From positions 2,418,001 to 2,482,000 of the forward strand of contig OZ116700.1 of NCBI GenBank assembly GCA_964199315.1: a stretch of DNA of 64,000 bases, in the 5' to 3' direction. A program made the position numbers and the translations under genes. Positions 34,818 through 47,987 of the stretch are shown piece by piece (position 1 is the first letter of the stretch; each line of letters starts with the position of its first letter). The DNA is from Orbicella franksi. Taxonomy: Eukaryota. A model generated the notes under the pieces. It did no database searches, was not told where the DNA came from, and saw only the letters and a program-made list of their open reading frames with translations.

Positions 34818-37800
34818 TTATCTTAAGCTTAGTGATAAACTTTCAATATATTTTCTTAAGCGATTTACGTTTTATCGAATGACAGGAAAAAAACTTGTAG
34901 TTAAACGTCAGCCACCAACAACAGTTCTTTTCAGAACTACCCTCACCCAGAAGATCACAATAGAGGACTAATGACTTACAGCATTTTCTAGGGGGAGAGG
35001 GGGAAGGACATGCCCCCAGACTACCCTAGTGGCTTGCACTTGCGGCGCTCGCTCCCTTGTCCCTTGTCTAGCTACGGCCTTGGAGAAAAATGAAAATGGC
35101 TGTCCACCACTTCATGTTTTTGAAAGAAAGAAAACATTGCTTACCACTTGCTACACAGCAACCCAAAAGGACCAGCACTGTTGCACTCTGACTGCCTGTC
35201 ATGGTTGCTGCTGGCAAAAATAAATAACCCGAAACAAATTAATACATTTTGTGATGAAAAATAAGCGATAGAGTGTCATAGCGTTTAGAGCTCACCGAGG
35301 TCATTTTTAACTGCGATTAAAAAAAAAAAAAAAAAAAAATACAAAATTATTAGTAACATGTTTATAACAGTTAAAAATAGTTTAAAATGCCATGAACGCT
35401 GAAGTGGAATACAATATGTACGATGAGTGATAAAAAATATTTATAAAATTAAACAAATTGATACATGCTTTTTTGTTGTTAAAAATCTGAACAACTGGTA
35501 GAGGCTGCCTAGCGTAACCGTGCCCAAGCCCTATACCTAGTGAGAGAGAGGCTGTAAAGAAAATGGCATCGACGAGTTCAACTTGGGACAACCGAGAACA
35601 AATCTAGCTGATGGCAGGGAAAGGAATCTGAACTTTCAAATCCAGTGCCCTAAACCACTCGACCACGCCCTCCCCTCAAAGATCAAATTGGCGAGCGTTC
35701 CACACAAAACTACGACTACAACAACAAACAACACAGCGAGAACTTTTCTGAGAGGTTTCTTTCGGAATGATTACAGCTTTTTTTATTCCATTCGGTTGTG
35801 ATAAGAAGTGAGAGTCGCAAGAGTTATGTATGTGCTTATGGGCTATTTACAAACTAGACAAATAAAACTAGCAAATGTCCTGTATGTTATGTGTAAAATT
35901 GTGCAACGGATGCAAAACATGCATCTCGCCTCATGTATTGTGCACATTCGAAGCATAAGATAACTACTGAGAGGCTTGCTTTCTTTGCATTGGAAAAATC
36001 ACTTGGTTGATACAAAAATTGTGAATTGAACAGATTTCATACAGAAAACCAAGGCAACATTTCATCTTCTGACGGCAAACTTAATGAGTCAGCAATATTT
36101 TGGTGGTTGATAAACCGAGAAAACAGTAATGATATCACATTAACTGTTACACCTTTTGACGATAATACCTCAAGGATTAAGCTTTCTTAAATATTATATT
36201 TTGTTCAAGATACGAGCGACCACATACAAAAAGACAATGTAAAGTAATACACCATTGGGATAAACACTTAAAACCGACACCCTCGGGACCGTCACCTGGA
36301 GTCCGTCAAAAGCGAGATTCCGCAATAGCGGGGTGAGATGAAAATGACCCAATTTTCGGTTATGAAATGTCACGTGCTGTTATATTCTCTAAGATTTTCA
36401 GTTTCTTTTCAGATTTATAGTATACATTTACTTCCATTCATAATCATATAATGTAGGTCAAAACAGTGTACAAGCTAGTAAACATTCCAAAACTGCAGAA
36501 TAATTAGAATTAAAATTATATCATTCAATATGTTCAAGTTGTCCGTCGTAACGAGAAAAAAACATGGAGTCCGTAATAGCGGAAAGTATATCAATACATC
36601 TCGTTGTAGCAGTTTCGGCTGGGGATGAAACCAGTTCTGTCGATCAGTAACAGCGGAATGCCCACAAGACGAGAGTTGACTGTTATAGGTAAACCATGTG
36701 ATTGGTGCGACAAACTTTTCTAAATTATCTTGACCGTAGTAGTTAAAATAAAATTCTTGCAGGCTTTCTTGTCCCTTTCTCTGGTTTAATGGCCTCCGCT
36801 TTTCTATTTTTATGCTATTTGTTGTACTTGTTCCAAGGTGACTGGGACCTCAGTGCATCTGGTTGCAAAAATTAGCATAAACTTTTGGCGCTTTTTTTCC
36901 AAGTGCGTCTTTTTAGTAAACTTTCAACTTTCATTAAAAAATGTGAGATGTACTGAAGGATCATAAAAATGAAAAACGCCACTTAAGCACTGCATAAATG
37001 AGTTGCAGGCTTAAAAATGCTTGATATCGCGTAAACTACTTCTTCCAAGATGGAGTTACATCGGATACGCCCGAATAACATATGCGCGGGCGGAATAACC
37101 TTTTATTAATCAAGACTCCATGTTAATCAAAGTCCATTGTTTTCACCAGCTATTGTAATATAACGTGATATCATTGAAATAATACAAGCAAATGCTCTCA
37201 CTTCCGTTAAAGAGCAAGATAGAAGTATTAAATCTCTAAGAAAACCACGCTTCAGGAAAAGTCTGCTAATTATAGCACTTCAGAAATGGATCATCATCAG
37301 CCGTTAACAAGCCTTCACAGTGGCTGTTTTCTTCTGTGTGCTGTGAGGACATTGAAACACCCAAGAGGCGTTCCATACAGTGATAACACAAACAAAACGA
37401 AACGTGCCCAGAGTGTAAAAGTAGATTACATTTGCATAATTTTTGACGGCTATTTCTTCTCCAGTTACATTCAGGGTTCTGACCTTAATGATTTGAAAAT
37501 TGCCCTTAAAAATAATGTAGGTTTTTGTTATTTCAGCACGGTATAAGAACAGTAACCTTGTCCCTCTTACATTTAATCTCTGTTTGTCTTACATTACTTT
37601 ATCTTCCATTATCTCTCTTTTTGTCTTACATAACCGTTGACATAACTCTCTGTTTGTCTTAAAATACATTATCTTACATTATCTCTCTGTTTGACTTAAT
37701 TTACATCATCTTACATTCAGTCTCGCTGCTTGCCTTACATTTTGAGGCAGACTGTGATATTGCATGGTGGTGGCAGTTGAATTTACGACAATTCATTGGA

Positions 37801-39507
37801 AAAAAAATGAAATAAAGGATACCAGGTATTCAATGATGTTACCTGGACTAAATGATATCTCAAATCTCGTATCTTCAAGTTAAATTGAATCTTACCTCGC
37901 AGTCTGATCGCAGGCGATTTTCTATGATAAAGTTATCCAAGAGAAACCAAAACATTAAGGAGCCAGATGTGGAAGGCTATTTTGTCCCTATTGCGCAAAA
38001 CAATTTGTACCGATGTCATTTTAGTACCCATTAACCGATTACTGATTTTGTGGGATGCTTAAGAATGTTAGCTGAAACACAACCAAAGTGATTTTATAAA
38101 GCAGTGAAATCTTTCCCATGGTTGCATTGATTTTCTTCAAGTCAACCTTAAAGCAAAATATTAAACTTCAGGACTCTAACATACCTCAGTTCAAACAATT
38201 TTCTTCAGTTCTCCAATAAAGCAGCCACCTTTTCTCGCTTTAATTTGTTGGACGCCTGGAGCGAATTCCTATGCCCGCACTTTCTGGTCGATGAACCAAA
38301 CTATTTCCAGTCGGGAACATATAATATAGCTTTAATGACTTTATAACAATAAATGCTCATTGAAGCGTTCCTGAAAAAGTCATCACCGTGACCAGATTTA
38401 ATAATAAGTACTTATTAACCGAGAGTGAGGTCTTTACAGGAAAATCTAGAGCTGCGACCTTGCCGAATTGTCCGAGCAACAGCGAAGTCAATACAGCAGG
38501 GCCGAGGTTTGAGATTTTCCCGCAAAGAACGAACGTTCGAGGTTAAAAAGTAATTTGTTATCTTGGCTATTTGCTTTGTTTTTGCAGGCCCGTAATCGCC
38601 CCGTGGGCATTACGGGAGAATAATGCCCTCGAATTAGCCAATCAGAGAGCGTCTCTTTATCGGCTACAAACACATTAAGCCTTGTCATAATTAACGGTTA
38701 TTCCAAGCCCGCGCGTTGGATATGAGATGATAAATTAACCTCCTTCTCCTTGTGGGCAAAGAAGAACTGGGAATGAGATTAATGATAGATAGCTAATGAG
38801 GTGGGTGAACCAAGATCTCGTTCCCAGGGTCTCTCTTCTTCCCGACCCCTCGCTCTCGTATACAGGCTGAGCGCCGATAAGCAACAGCAACACTAAAATG
38901 TTAATTCGAAACCGTTAACGAATGCTAATACATCTATGACAATATTTCATAATTTGTGATTGTCTTTATTTAGCTCGTCACCACACAGTTCGTGTGTCAA
39001 TGTCTGCAATGTGAAACGAGAAATAAGGTCCTTATTATGCAGCAGACTGCATTGCTTTCAATGGGTTGGGTAGGTTGTCTTTTTTGGTACATATTCAACC
39101 AGATGGCTCGATTGGGTTTTCTTATCGTCTGCTACGCCGAACCAAAAAAGATAACAACAAACGAAAAAACAATAAACATTTAAACAAAAAAACACAAAGC
39201 AAAAACCTTAGTAGTTAGTTCTTGCGAGATATAGATTGTTTGCCTGCGTTGTTAATTTAATTTCTTTAATATAAATATTTTTAGATGATAATACTAATTG
39301 TTATGTGGCTATCTCCACCAGCGGGCAAGATACACGATCAACGCTGAAAATGATTACCCGAATGGTCAAGATGAAGATCTTACCCACTTGGTATTAACCT
39401 TCATGTCCCGTAATAAAATGGTCTTCCTTATCCATATAACAAATCCTTTATGAGCCAAGCTTCTTCGGTCAGAATGTCTGGATATTGGCATCATTCATTT
39501 TTGCGTA

Positions 39508-39993
39508 CAATGGAAGCTCTCTTAACGTACACTCGCGTAAGTCCACAGATCTGCGTACGACCGCCTTCACAAAATCCCGTTTGAACTCCCATACAAACTC
39601 TGTATTTATTCATTCCCGCAAGCGGACATTTCCGTAAGCGGCCACGGACATTTTGAGGGCTTACGATTTAGACTTTTCATTTGTTTTGGAAATCCCATAT
39701 ATATAGCATAGCATTGCAGTTAGTACTGCAGTTAGAATCTGTTTATCGTATATTACGGCAGTTAAATATCTGTATACAGTTATCGCCATTATCAGAAACA
39801 AAAAAATCATTTGAAACGGTGGTATTTTTTGCATTCCCAATGTTTATTGTTATTTGGGCAAGCTACCGTAAGCGGCCATAGACATCTAGAACTCTAGTGG
39901 GCGCTTGCGAGAACCATTCTCGAAAGCAGCTAGCTCCAGTTACGGACACCTTTTTCGCGTTTCGAAGGTATCCGCTTACGAGAACTTCCACTG
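39508..39993. mobile_element. pogo/Tc1-like MITE
   Basis: TA-flanked imperfect TIRs CA(A/G)TGGAAG(C/T)TCTC. Confidence 0.55.
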
Positions 39994-40139
39994 TATTTAT
40001 GGACTTTGACTATGTCTAGCTTCAAAAACGCTTTAAAAAAGAACCAGCCATCTTGACCTCGTACTTGGTCAATTACTTCCATTTCATAATTTCTGTGAGT
40101 TCCCTCCTTGCTTCCATCATTTCATCATTTCAACCGTCT

Positions 40140-40310
40140 GTGTGAGCCACCCCGCCAGTCGGTCAGGCAGCAAGCCAGTCAGTCAGTAAGTCTGTCCGCC
40201 AGCCAGCCAGCAAGTCAGTCAGCCAGCCGGTTCGTCCGTCCGTTTGTCAGTCGGTCAGTCAGTCAGTCAGTCAGTCAGTCAGTCAGTTAGTCAGTCAGTA
40301 AGTCAGTGAT
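40140..40310. repeat. (CAGT)n / (CAGC)n tetranucleotide microsatellite
   Basis: Direct observation; lies immediately downstream of the GPCR fragment stop codon. Confidence 0.9.
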
Positions 40311-40325
40311 TCATTCCTTGCTAAA

Positions 40326-40766
40326 TCAACAGCTCATTATTGATCGTATTGCATTTCTTATCTCGCTATTCCGCCCTGGATAAATCACAGGGTTTATGGA
40401 CGAATTGATATACACAATAGCGACAGACCAGGAATATAACAATTCATATTCCTCAGCGCCAATTAACTTTTGAAAAATACTCAGGACTATTATTGGAGTC
40501 ACGCAAAACATCAACACAGCTATAACAATGATCATATCAATCGCAGCCTTCTTTTCCCACTTAAATAGAATGGATAAATTCTGTTCTGCAACAACGTCAA
40601 CAACCTGGTTGTTATGACGACGAATAGCGATGAACATTCCAACATGGTTAACGATTGGCATGACGACCAAAAGCACACCCAGGACCAGGTTTATGACGGA
40701 GGAGAGTGACTCGGGTAAACTAAAACTTGTCAAAATCACCATGAGCAACCATGCTGATCCCGCCAT
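40326..40766 (-). pseudogene. 5'-truncated intronless class A (rhodopsin-like) GPCR fragment, approximately TM4-TM7 plus helix 8
   Basis: Hydrophobic helices, basic ICL3 (IRRH…EKKAA), TM6 Pro in FCVTP, TM7 NSSINPVIY, helix 8 EIRNAIR. In-frame TGA four codons upstream of the Met; no TM1-3 or DRY region seen upstream. Confidence 0.7.
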
Positions 40767-43700
40767 CAGAATTACTCATAGCGCCTCTGTTGATATAGAA
40801 TTATCAAGTTTTGTTAATTATTTTTTTCAATTCAACAAAACATTTAAGTACAGTACTCAGAGCGGTACGATTCCCAAGCCTAGGAGATGTACATCAAATT
40901 TAGGCATTGACCATTTATCGGAAAATGAAATAAGATTGGTTTCTCTTTAAAGTCATTCTTCTTCGACTTATGTTCATCTCACACGGAGTTAACCCGTCGA
41001 CCGATCTATATTCAATACTCTGCCTCTTACCATGGTTTGCCCGCTCTGCTTCGCAATGTCCTCGCGAGTTCACAATCAATTCGTTCGTGATGAAGTATTG
41101 CAAAGCTTAAACTTTATTTATCCTAAGAACACCTTTTGCCCACGTAACGGACTTTCTAAATTATGAACGTAAGAAACGTTAAGTTTCACGTTAATTACCC
41201 CGAATAATAGCCGTGCAAGGGGTGGAAGAAAGAAGGATGAAAAGGTGCGTTATTCATTGTCAAACGTTTTATAATTCGGCAAAGAAAAAACAATTCATTT
41301 TTAAAATTAATTAAAGAAGAACAAAACTTGAGTTTATTGCTAATCAACCTGATTAACAAAGTACGAATTAAATTGTCATTCAGAAAGAAAAACAGATGAG
41401 AGGTATGTATTTTCTGACAGAGAAGCACACAGGATTTTTAGAAATGTGCGTTCACTCTGTGTTTGTTTTTGTTCCTGTTGCATTACGAATAGCATTTTAT
41501 GACCGTTGTACGTACGTTTTCTCGACCTTCACTTATTCAGTCATTTTAAACTGTTTCGTGCTGACAAACGATATATCTTTTACTCAATATATGACTATAT
41601 GTCGTATTAACCATATCATTTTCTACTTAAACAACTCATTAACCTCAAATCTCCCCACTTTCTAACTGGCCTCGGTAATTCTTCTTAAATCAGTGGCATT
41701 ACCATTTTCTGTGACTGAAAATTCAATTTTTGCTTTCTTATTCAGTCTACAATTAATTTGTAATTCAAACGAAAAATAATTCAGTTCAACATGATTTGAT
41801 GAATTCTTTGTTATTCAATTCATTAGACTTGAGCGATCTGTGAAATGTGTAAACGATCCGTGCATGCACGCTTCGACCAATTCCATTTTTCAATTTTCGT
41901 AAAAGATGGAATAAGCAAATATTACTCAACTAAACTGTTTGTATTCATTTTCACGAAACTTATGGACAAGACGATTGCTATCTGTACCACCTCCCATGGG
42001 GAGAATTTGTCTTTTCATCGGTTTTGCAGGCTCAGTCTCCAGCCGTTGGTGTTTCGGTGCGCCCGCGATCCTCTCCACCACCATGACTTGCCTCACGGGC
42101 TCTATTTCGTGTCTTTGACGCCATACCATAAATATTACAGTTTTGTTAAAATTATGCAAATAAAATTACTTTCGGTATAATTACTTCTATACTATAGTGG
42201 TGCTTCTATACTAAAAGGTGCACATCTAAGGCCCGAGGGGAAAGAAAAGTGTTGGAAGCAACACCACGTGGATCTAAATTCTTTTAGTTGTTTACAATAG
42301 TAGAAATAAACTGTTGTCAAGTTGTTGTGGAAGTGTGAAAGTGTTTAGAAAAAATGGTTGCTTTGTAAAAATAAACTTCGCTAATTTCTTGTGTGTTGCG
42401 AGTCATTCATGTACCTTTACTAAAACCACAATCCGTTCGATCAGATCTTTGAAATTTTTCGTGTGATAGGAAATTTTCGGTTCATCAGAGTGAAGGCCCG
42501 TGTGACGGCCATTTTCAACACCTAAATTTAACACAACTTTGAACATTAATCAAACAAGAACAAAAAAATCTCTTACAAAACAAACACAACTGCGTTATCA
42601 TATTGGAGTGCACTTATCGATTGAAAAACGGCCTTGCGTTTTGTCATAGGTTTTGCTCTTCATTCAAGAAATGTCAGAAGCAACTTAATTTTCTCAAAAT
42701 AGCTCCAGCTAGTTACAGTTGAACCCCGCTATTTCGAACACTCGGGGGAAACGAAAAGTAGTTCGAGATAGCGGGAGTTCGAAATAGCCGATAGTAAATG
42801 ACTGAAGGGCAAATCCAAGGAAAATGGTTTTCGGTTTGAAATAACCGAGTTCGAATTTGCGGGATCACACCGGTACAGTAACTGAACCATTAGCCCTTAC
42901 TGAGGATTGTAATGACATTTTCCACAAACCCAAGAACACAACACAAGAGATCGGCCTCAGCGGCCAAATGTACATAATAAATTTCTGCTCTCAAAATTGC
43001 GGACCGGGAAGAATTAAATTATCGAAAATTTAGCTATATATACCTTGCGAGGTTTCCTCTTTTCATTTCATTTAAGAAAACGCTGTTCCATCCGCCACAG
43101 GAAGTTTCCGGAAACTCAACCCAGAATTTCTGCTCGAATCGAAAAAGGTCACAGACTGCAGCAAACTCCGTATTTTGACGTGTGTCAATTTGTCTGGGGA
43201 ACGATCCTGCCACGAGCATCCATGCTCATCGCACTTGACGTCAAGCGAATATCTCTGCCATCGATTTGCAGTTCTATTATCTCTTTCAATTTTGGTAGCA
43301 AGTTAGCTTTGCAGTCTCTGGCGTAACGAAACAATGGGTCGAAAAACGGGCAGATACCTTTGAGCGTAGAAACTGTGAACGAGGCCAATTTTCCCTTATC
43401 CTCCTTCCTCCCAGATGTAATACAGATTCCATACTCGGATGTCGGATGCTACCTCACTTAGTCTCAGAATCAACCTGCTCTTCCTCTCAGTTTGTGGATG
43501 AACCACCCCTAGTTAAAAGAGGCTTGGCAATCCCTCGGTGTTGATAGTACCATCTTCTTCCATAAGGGTGAGGGGTGAGAATTTCTCAACCCATACCCAT
43601 TTAAATCGTCGTAAATACTTTTTGTACCCTGGCCAACACATTTTCAATTTTTTTTCCACATCTGCAACCGATTTGAAAGTCCTAGCACTAGGTGTACGCA

Positions 43701-44018
43701 TTCAAACATTGGAACTATATCACTGCTGTTACGTGAGGATTCACGGTTCTCCCTTGGAACAGATCGAGAAAACATTTTTCTCTTCGATCGTTAGCTCAGT
43801 AACACTTTGATGTGGTACACAGATGTCACCCCAGATAGACGGTGAACTACACCGCTTACACCGCACTCACTTTGCGCCACATTTTTTGCCATTTATTCTC
43901 CAAAAACATGAAAGGATAAAAAACACAGCTATTTCACATTTCACGGGAAAAACAGGCTATTCACGAATCACGAAAATATCCTCTTACATGTTTAACACCC
44001 TCTGTATAGCTATTTTTA

Positions 44019-44418
44019 AGCCCTGGCCAAACGGAATCGCAAGTAGAGGCAAGTTGAAAACTTGGGTCAACTTGGAAGTCCGTTCGGCCAGGCCTTCCGT
44101 GTACTTGTGTTGACTTGCTATGACTTGCGCTCACTTTGGTCGAGATCAAATTTGCATGCAAGGCGAAGCAATTTTTTTGCCGTTTGGCTACCCAACTTAA
44201 GTCAACAGAAGTTGAGTGACGTCCATTCGTTGCCATAGCAACCCATTAGCCGATAAAATACAGGATATGTCTGCGGGGTTTTCATGATGGCGACCTTGAA
44301 ATGGGTTTTTTGCAACTTGCGTGTACTTGCGAAGCAACCTATGAGTCCGTTTGGCCACCCAACGCAATTCTCTCTTGCGGCTTCTTTCGACTACTTGCGA
44401 GTCCGTTTGGTCAGGGCT
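44019..44418. mobile_element. PIF/Harbinger-type MITE (400 bp)
   Basis: TIRs AGCCCTG(G/A)CCAAACGGA(A/C)TCGCAAGTAG; TTA TSD on both sides. Confidence 0.85.
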
Positions 44419-44911
44419 TTAGATTGTTTTGGATTTTGTGCCATTGACGTACATTGTCAATTAAATGTCTTACCAATAATGTTTCTTTCGTTATTCGCTA
44501 CGTAAATAAAATAATTTCGGGTGATCAACCTTAATCCAAGCTCAGTTACCTTCGTCATACTGCCATGGTCTAATCAAAAGGAAGCATGCAAACTTTCAGT
44601 TTACGTCTTTTATCACGGAAATGTACGCTACCTTTCTATCACTGGAATTATACAGTTTGTCCTCTGTCCTGAACTGAAAATTTCCCCGTTCGCAATTCAC
44701 AAAACCAATCAAAAGACAAATTTTCCCCGTTGGAGGTGGCACAATGTGGAGATGATTGCGTCATATGTTGCGTGGATGGAGGCGGAAAATCGCTCTCGGT
44801 AAGTCCAAGTACGTCACTTGGACGTCTTTTGAAGCAAGCTAATGTTATAAAGAAAACAGGCTATGGGCGTTTTGCATCCTTTTTGGTCATCACTGAATGC
44901 GATAACGAGTT

Positions 44912-45743
44912 ATGGAGACACCACATCAATCCATCACACAGATGAAAGACAAGCGGAATGGAACAAGCGACGGACGAAGTAATCCTGCGAAACGAAAGCT
45001 GGGAATGGCTCCACAAGTTACTGCAAAACAGAGTGACGTCCAAAGCAAGCCAAGCAGTAGGTTCTACATGAGGGACAGAGTGATGGGCGAAGGAGCGAAA
45101 AAATTATCACCCGAAGAGATGGCCGCATTGGAGATCGATATTTTCAAGCCACTGGATTTCTACGAAATTTTATTTAACAGATTGAAGGGAAGCGATAAGG
45201 GGAAGATAATAAGTAATCTCAACGAACTGTAACTGCCTGAAAAACCGATTTGTCGCCACAAGTAGTCTTGAATTGGGTTTTTGGATAACAGTAATGAATC
45301 GCTATATTCTCTGTTCTCCAAAGCGGTAACATAAAACAATGTAAGTAGAATATCAAAGGAATTAAAAAGGAAAATTTACATTTCACTGTACTCAGAGTAC
45401 TCGTTAATGAATATTGTAAGCATTAATTATTGTAAGCATTAACTAAGGAAATCTTCGCCAGAGGTGTCCTTGTTCCGAAATATTTCTCTACAACGATTTA
45501 CTGTAAACAATTTCTATTCCTATAATTTACCTTTTTTCTTTCCTTCGTTCTTTTTCTTTACCTTTTCTATCCTGTCACAGGCGATTACAGAACCGATTGA
45601 TATCTTTCGATCATGAGCAAATTAAATGGGGTAGCACTGGCTCTCTGAAAGAAAGTCATTTGCGTAAAATGAATTACACACAAAAAACATGTGGTGCTTG
45701 CTCCTTCTGTCCGCAATTACAAACAAGCGACGTGTTGAAGTAG
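44912..45743 (+). CDS. Candidate small two-exon orphan gene (about 160 aa, unknown function)
   Basis: ORF 44912..45232 has a possible phase-2 donor after 45228 (CT|GTAACT). A strong pyrimidine tract and acceptor at 45580/45581 continues in frame to TAG at 45743. No recognisable domain. Confidence 0.3.
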
Positions 45744-45769
45744 CGCGCGATTATATGCGACATCACATA

Positions 45770-46086
45770 ACGTAAACTGCCGCTTCAAAGCCCCGGGCTT
45801 TGTATAACTTCCTAAGGGCTTTTAGGTGGGCTTATAAACGGAGGGGCTTATATCCGAGGGGGCTTATAACCTGAATAAAGAACCGTTTCGAAAAGAACTA
45901 TAGCTTTGTTGATCGAAATAGGTTTTTCATTTGCTGGTTTTGATCAAACTTCAAAACATCACAGTAAAACGAATTCACAACAAGAAAAGCTGGATGGAGG
46001 CTTATATCCGGCGGGGGTGGGGGAGGGGGGCTTATAACCGAACCTATAACGGAGGGGGGTGGGGGCTTATAAGCGGCAGTTTACGG
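45770..46086. mobile_element. Tc1/pogo-type MITE with GGCTTATA subterminal repeats
   Basis: TA-flanked TIRs (A/C)CGTAAACTGCCGCTT…AAGCCCC; repeated GGGGCTTATA motifs. Confidence 0.75.
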
Positions 46087-47987
46087 TATTTTCACGCATC
46101 TGATCCTTTTTAACGTTTACAGTGATGCACATTTCAAAATGATTCAGTTGAAGCTACATCGAATACAATCTATTTATTAAAAGCTAATTTTTTTTCCCCG
46201 TGAAATGTGATATGGCTGTTTTTTTTTTTCGTGAATCGTGTTATTGGTAGCCGTGAACCATGATTTTCAGTGAAATGAGAAATAAACGTTTAATTCGTCG
46301 AAGACGAGACCCTTATTTTCATTGTTTTTTTTTAAATTTTTTTTTTCGACTCTTGTCATTGCATAACCGTGAAGGCAATTCGTTGGATCCCTCCACATTA
46401 TTAGTCTTCAGTAGAACGCAGTTTTCAAGTCCTTTCGCTACTTGTGGAAGAAAGAATTGGTGAAGATGTCGGTTTCAAAATCTCATGAATGTTCTCAATC
46501 CATGCGGGTGACAAATGTCTCCTTTTTGTGTTTCGCGAAATATCTATTTTGTTTTCCATGAATTGTGAAAGGTCGACGTTTTTATTTTCCATTACAAGCC
46601 CCGTTTACCACCCTCAAAAAATGCGGTCAAACGGGGAAATTTTTAGTTCAGAACAGAGGACAGACTGTGTAATTCCAATGATAGAAAGGTAGCGTACAGT
46701 TTCGTGAAGGACGAAATAAACGGAAAGTTTGCACGCTTCCTGTTAATTAGACAGCACATACCATAATTTAAGAGCTAAGTGACTATAACGGCATTGTAAG
46801 GAAGTAAGAAGTAAGAGACTTAATTTTATGAGGGTGACACGTAACAGTAACTAACATTACTGATGAACTTGTGGCCCTCTAAAAAATACAAAAATACACT
46901 CCTTGTCAAGGAATGCTCTTATCTGTCAAGAAGCGTTAACGATTTCATACCAGATATCTACGCCATTAACGCCCCGTATTTTTATTTTTTGAAATGCAAC
47001 CCTAAATGGTAACTTGATGCGCGAAAATCACGCTTTTTCTTAAAGTCTAGTGATACAAAAACCTGCAATCTTCCCCATCTCAACCCACATCTCGGCTTTT
47101 GGCGAGGAAGTTTCGCCAAACGAGTTCGAGCTAAAAAAAATTAATAAGAAAAAACAGCCTCTAAGCGTTTGACCAAGGCGAAGAGAGCTCTGTAAGGGGA
47201 GTAACATTTGTGGGGCTACAAGTACTTTTTGTTAATCTGTTTGTTTTCATAATTTGAGATTTATTTTGAAGTGATAAAACATGTAATAAACCAGTCAGTG
47301 CTCCCTGGTGATTTTCACGCCCAACTGTCAGTCAGATCTCAAGGCGTTACCAGCCAATAGAATGTACCAGTTTTACTGAGACTTTCCTTCTATAGTATCT
47401 TTTGTTTTCATGGGATTTTGAAGCATGTTCAGTTTGCAACATGCCAAAAAGAACAACGAAAATTTCAGTCAAGATTACTCGTGACAAGAATAAAAAACTA
47501 TGGGTCCCTCACACCCCTTTCCTCGCTTCCTTCTCCCATCTCTCAAAACCACTCTCCATCCTTTGTTTACAGCTCCGTTTATTACGATTCACGCTCTTTT
47601 TATAATAAATATAAATTAATTCACTCTTCGTTGATTTGCAAATCAACAGCATTTTATGCACGAAAGTTATGTTATGACCGAGCCCACCTCGTAAATTATT
47701 TACTCAATCACACGCCGAATAACCACATTCAGTGCCCTAAGTATAAACCAATTTTTACAATGTTAAACAAAAAATAAATTCTATAAACAATTGTGGTTTA
47801 AAAAACTTTGTAGTTACTTAACAAGATATAACTTATAACCCACTCCACACGCCAACTATACTCTTTCTACCTTCAGAGGAACCAAAACTACATAAATTCT
47901 CGAAACGAGTTGGAAAAAAAACGCTTATAAAGCAAAGCGAAAAGGAACACGCGGTTCGTCGCTCATGTAAATAGTTGTCATATTACA

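Noticed and set aside
35382-35591. ORF with DAIFFTASLSLGIGLGHG, resembling a channel pore or transporter motif
   Set aside because: No GYG signature, no coherent exon context and no neighbouring homologous exons.
43150-43830. Protein-looking - strand frame (RTPSARTFKSVADVEKKL…IRVWNLYYIWEEGG…), with a superficial resemblance to an MBD motif
   Set aside because: Several in-frame stops, no recognisable family, and its distal end runs into a MITE fragment; it cannot be supported without a database search.
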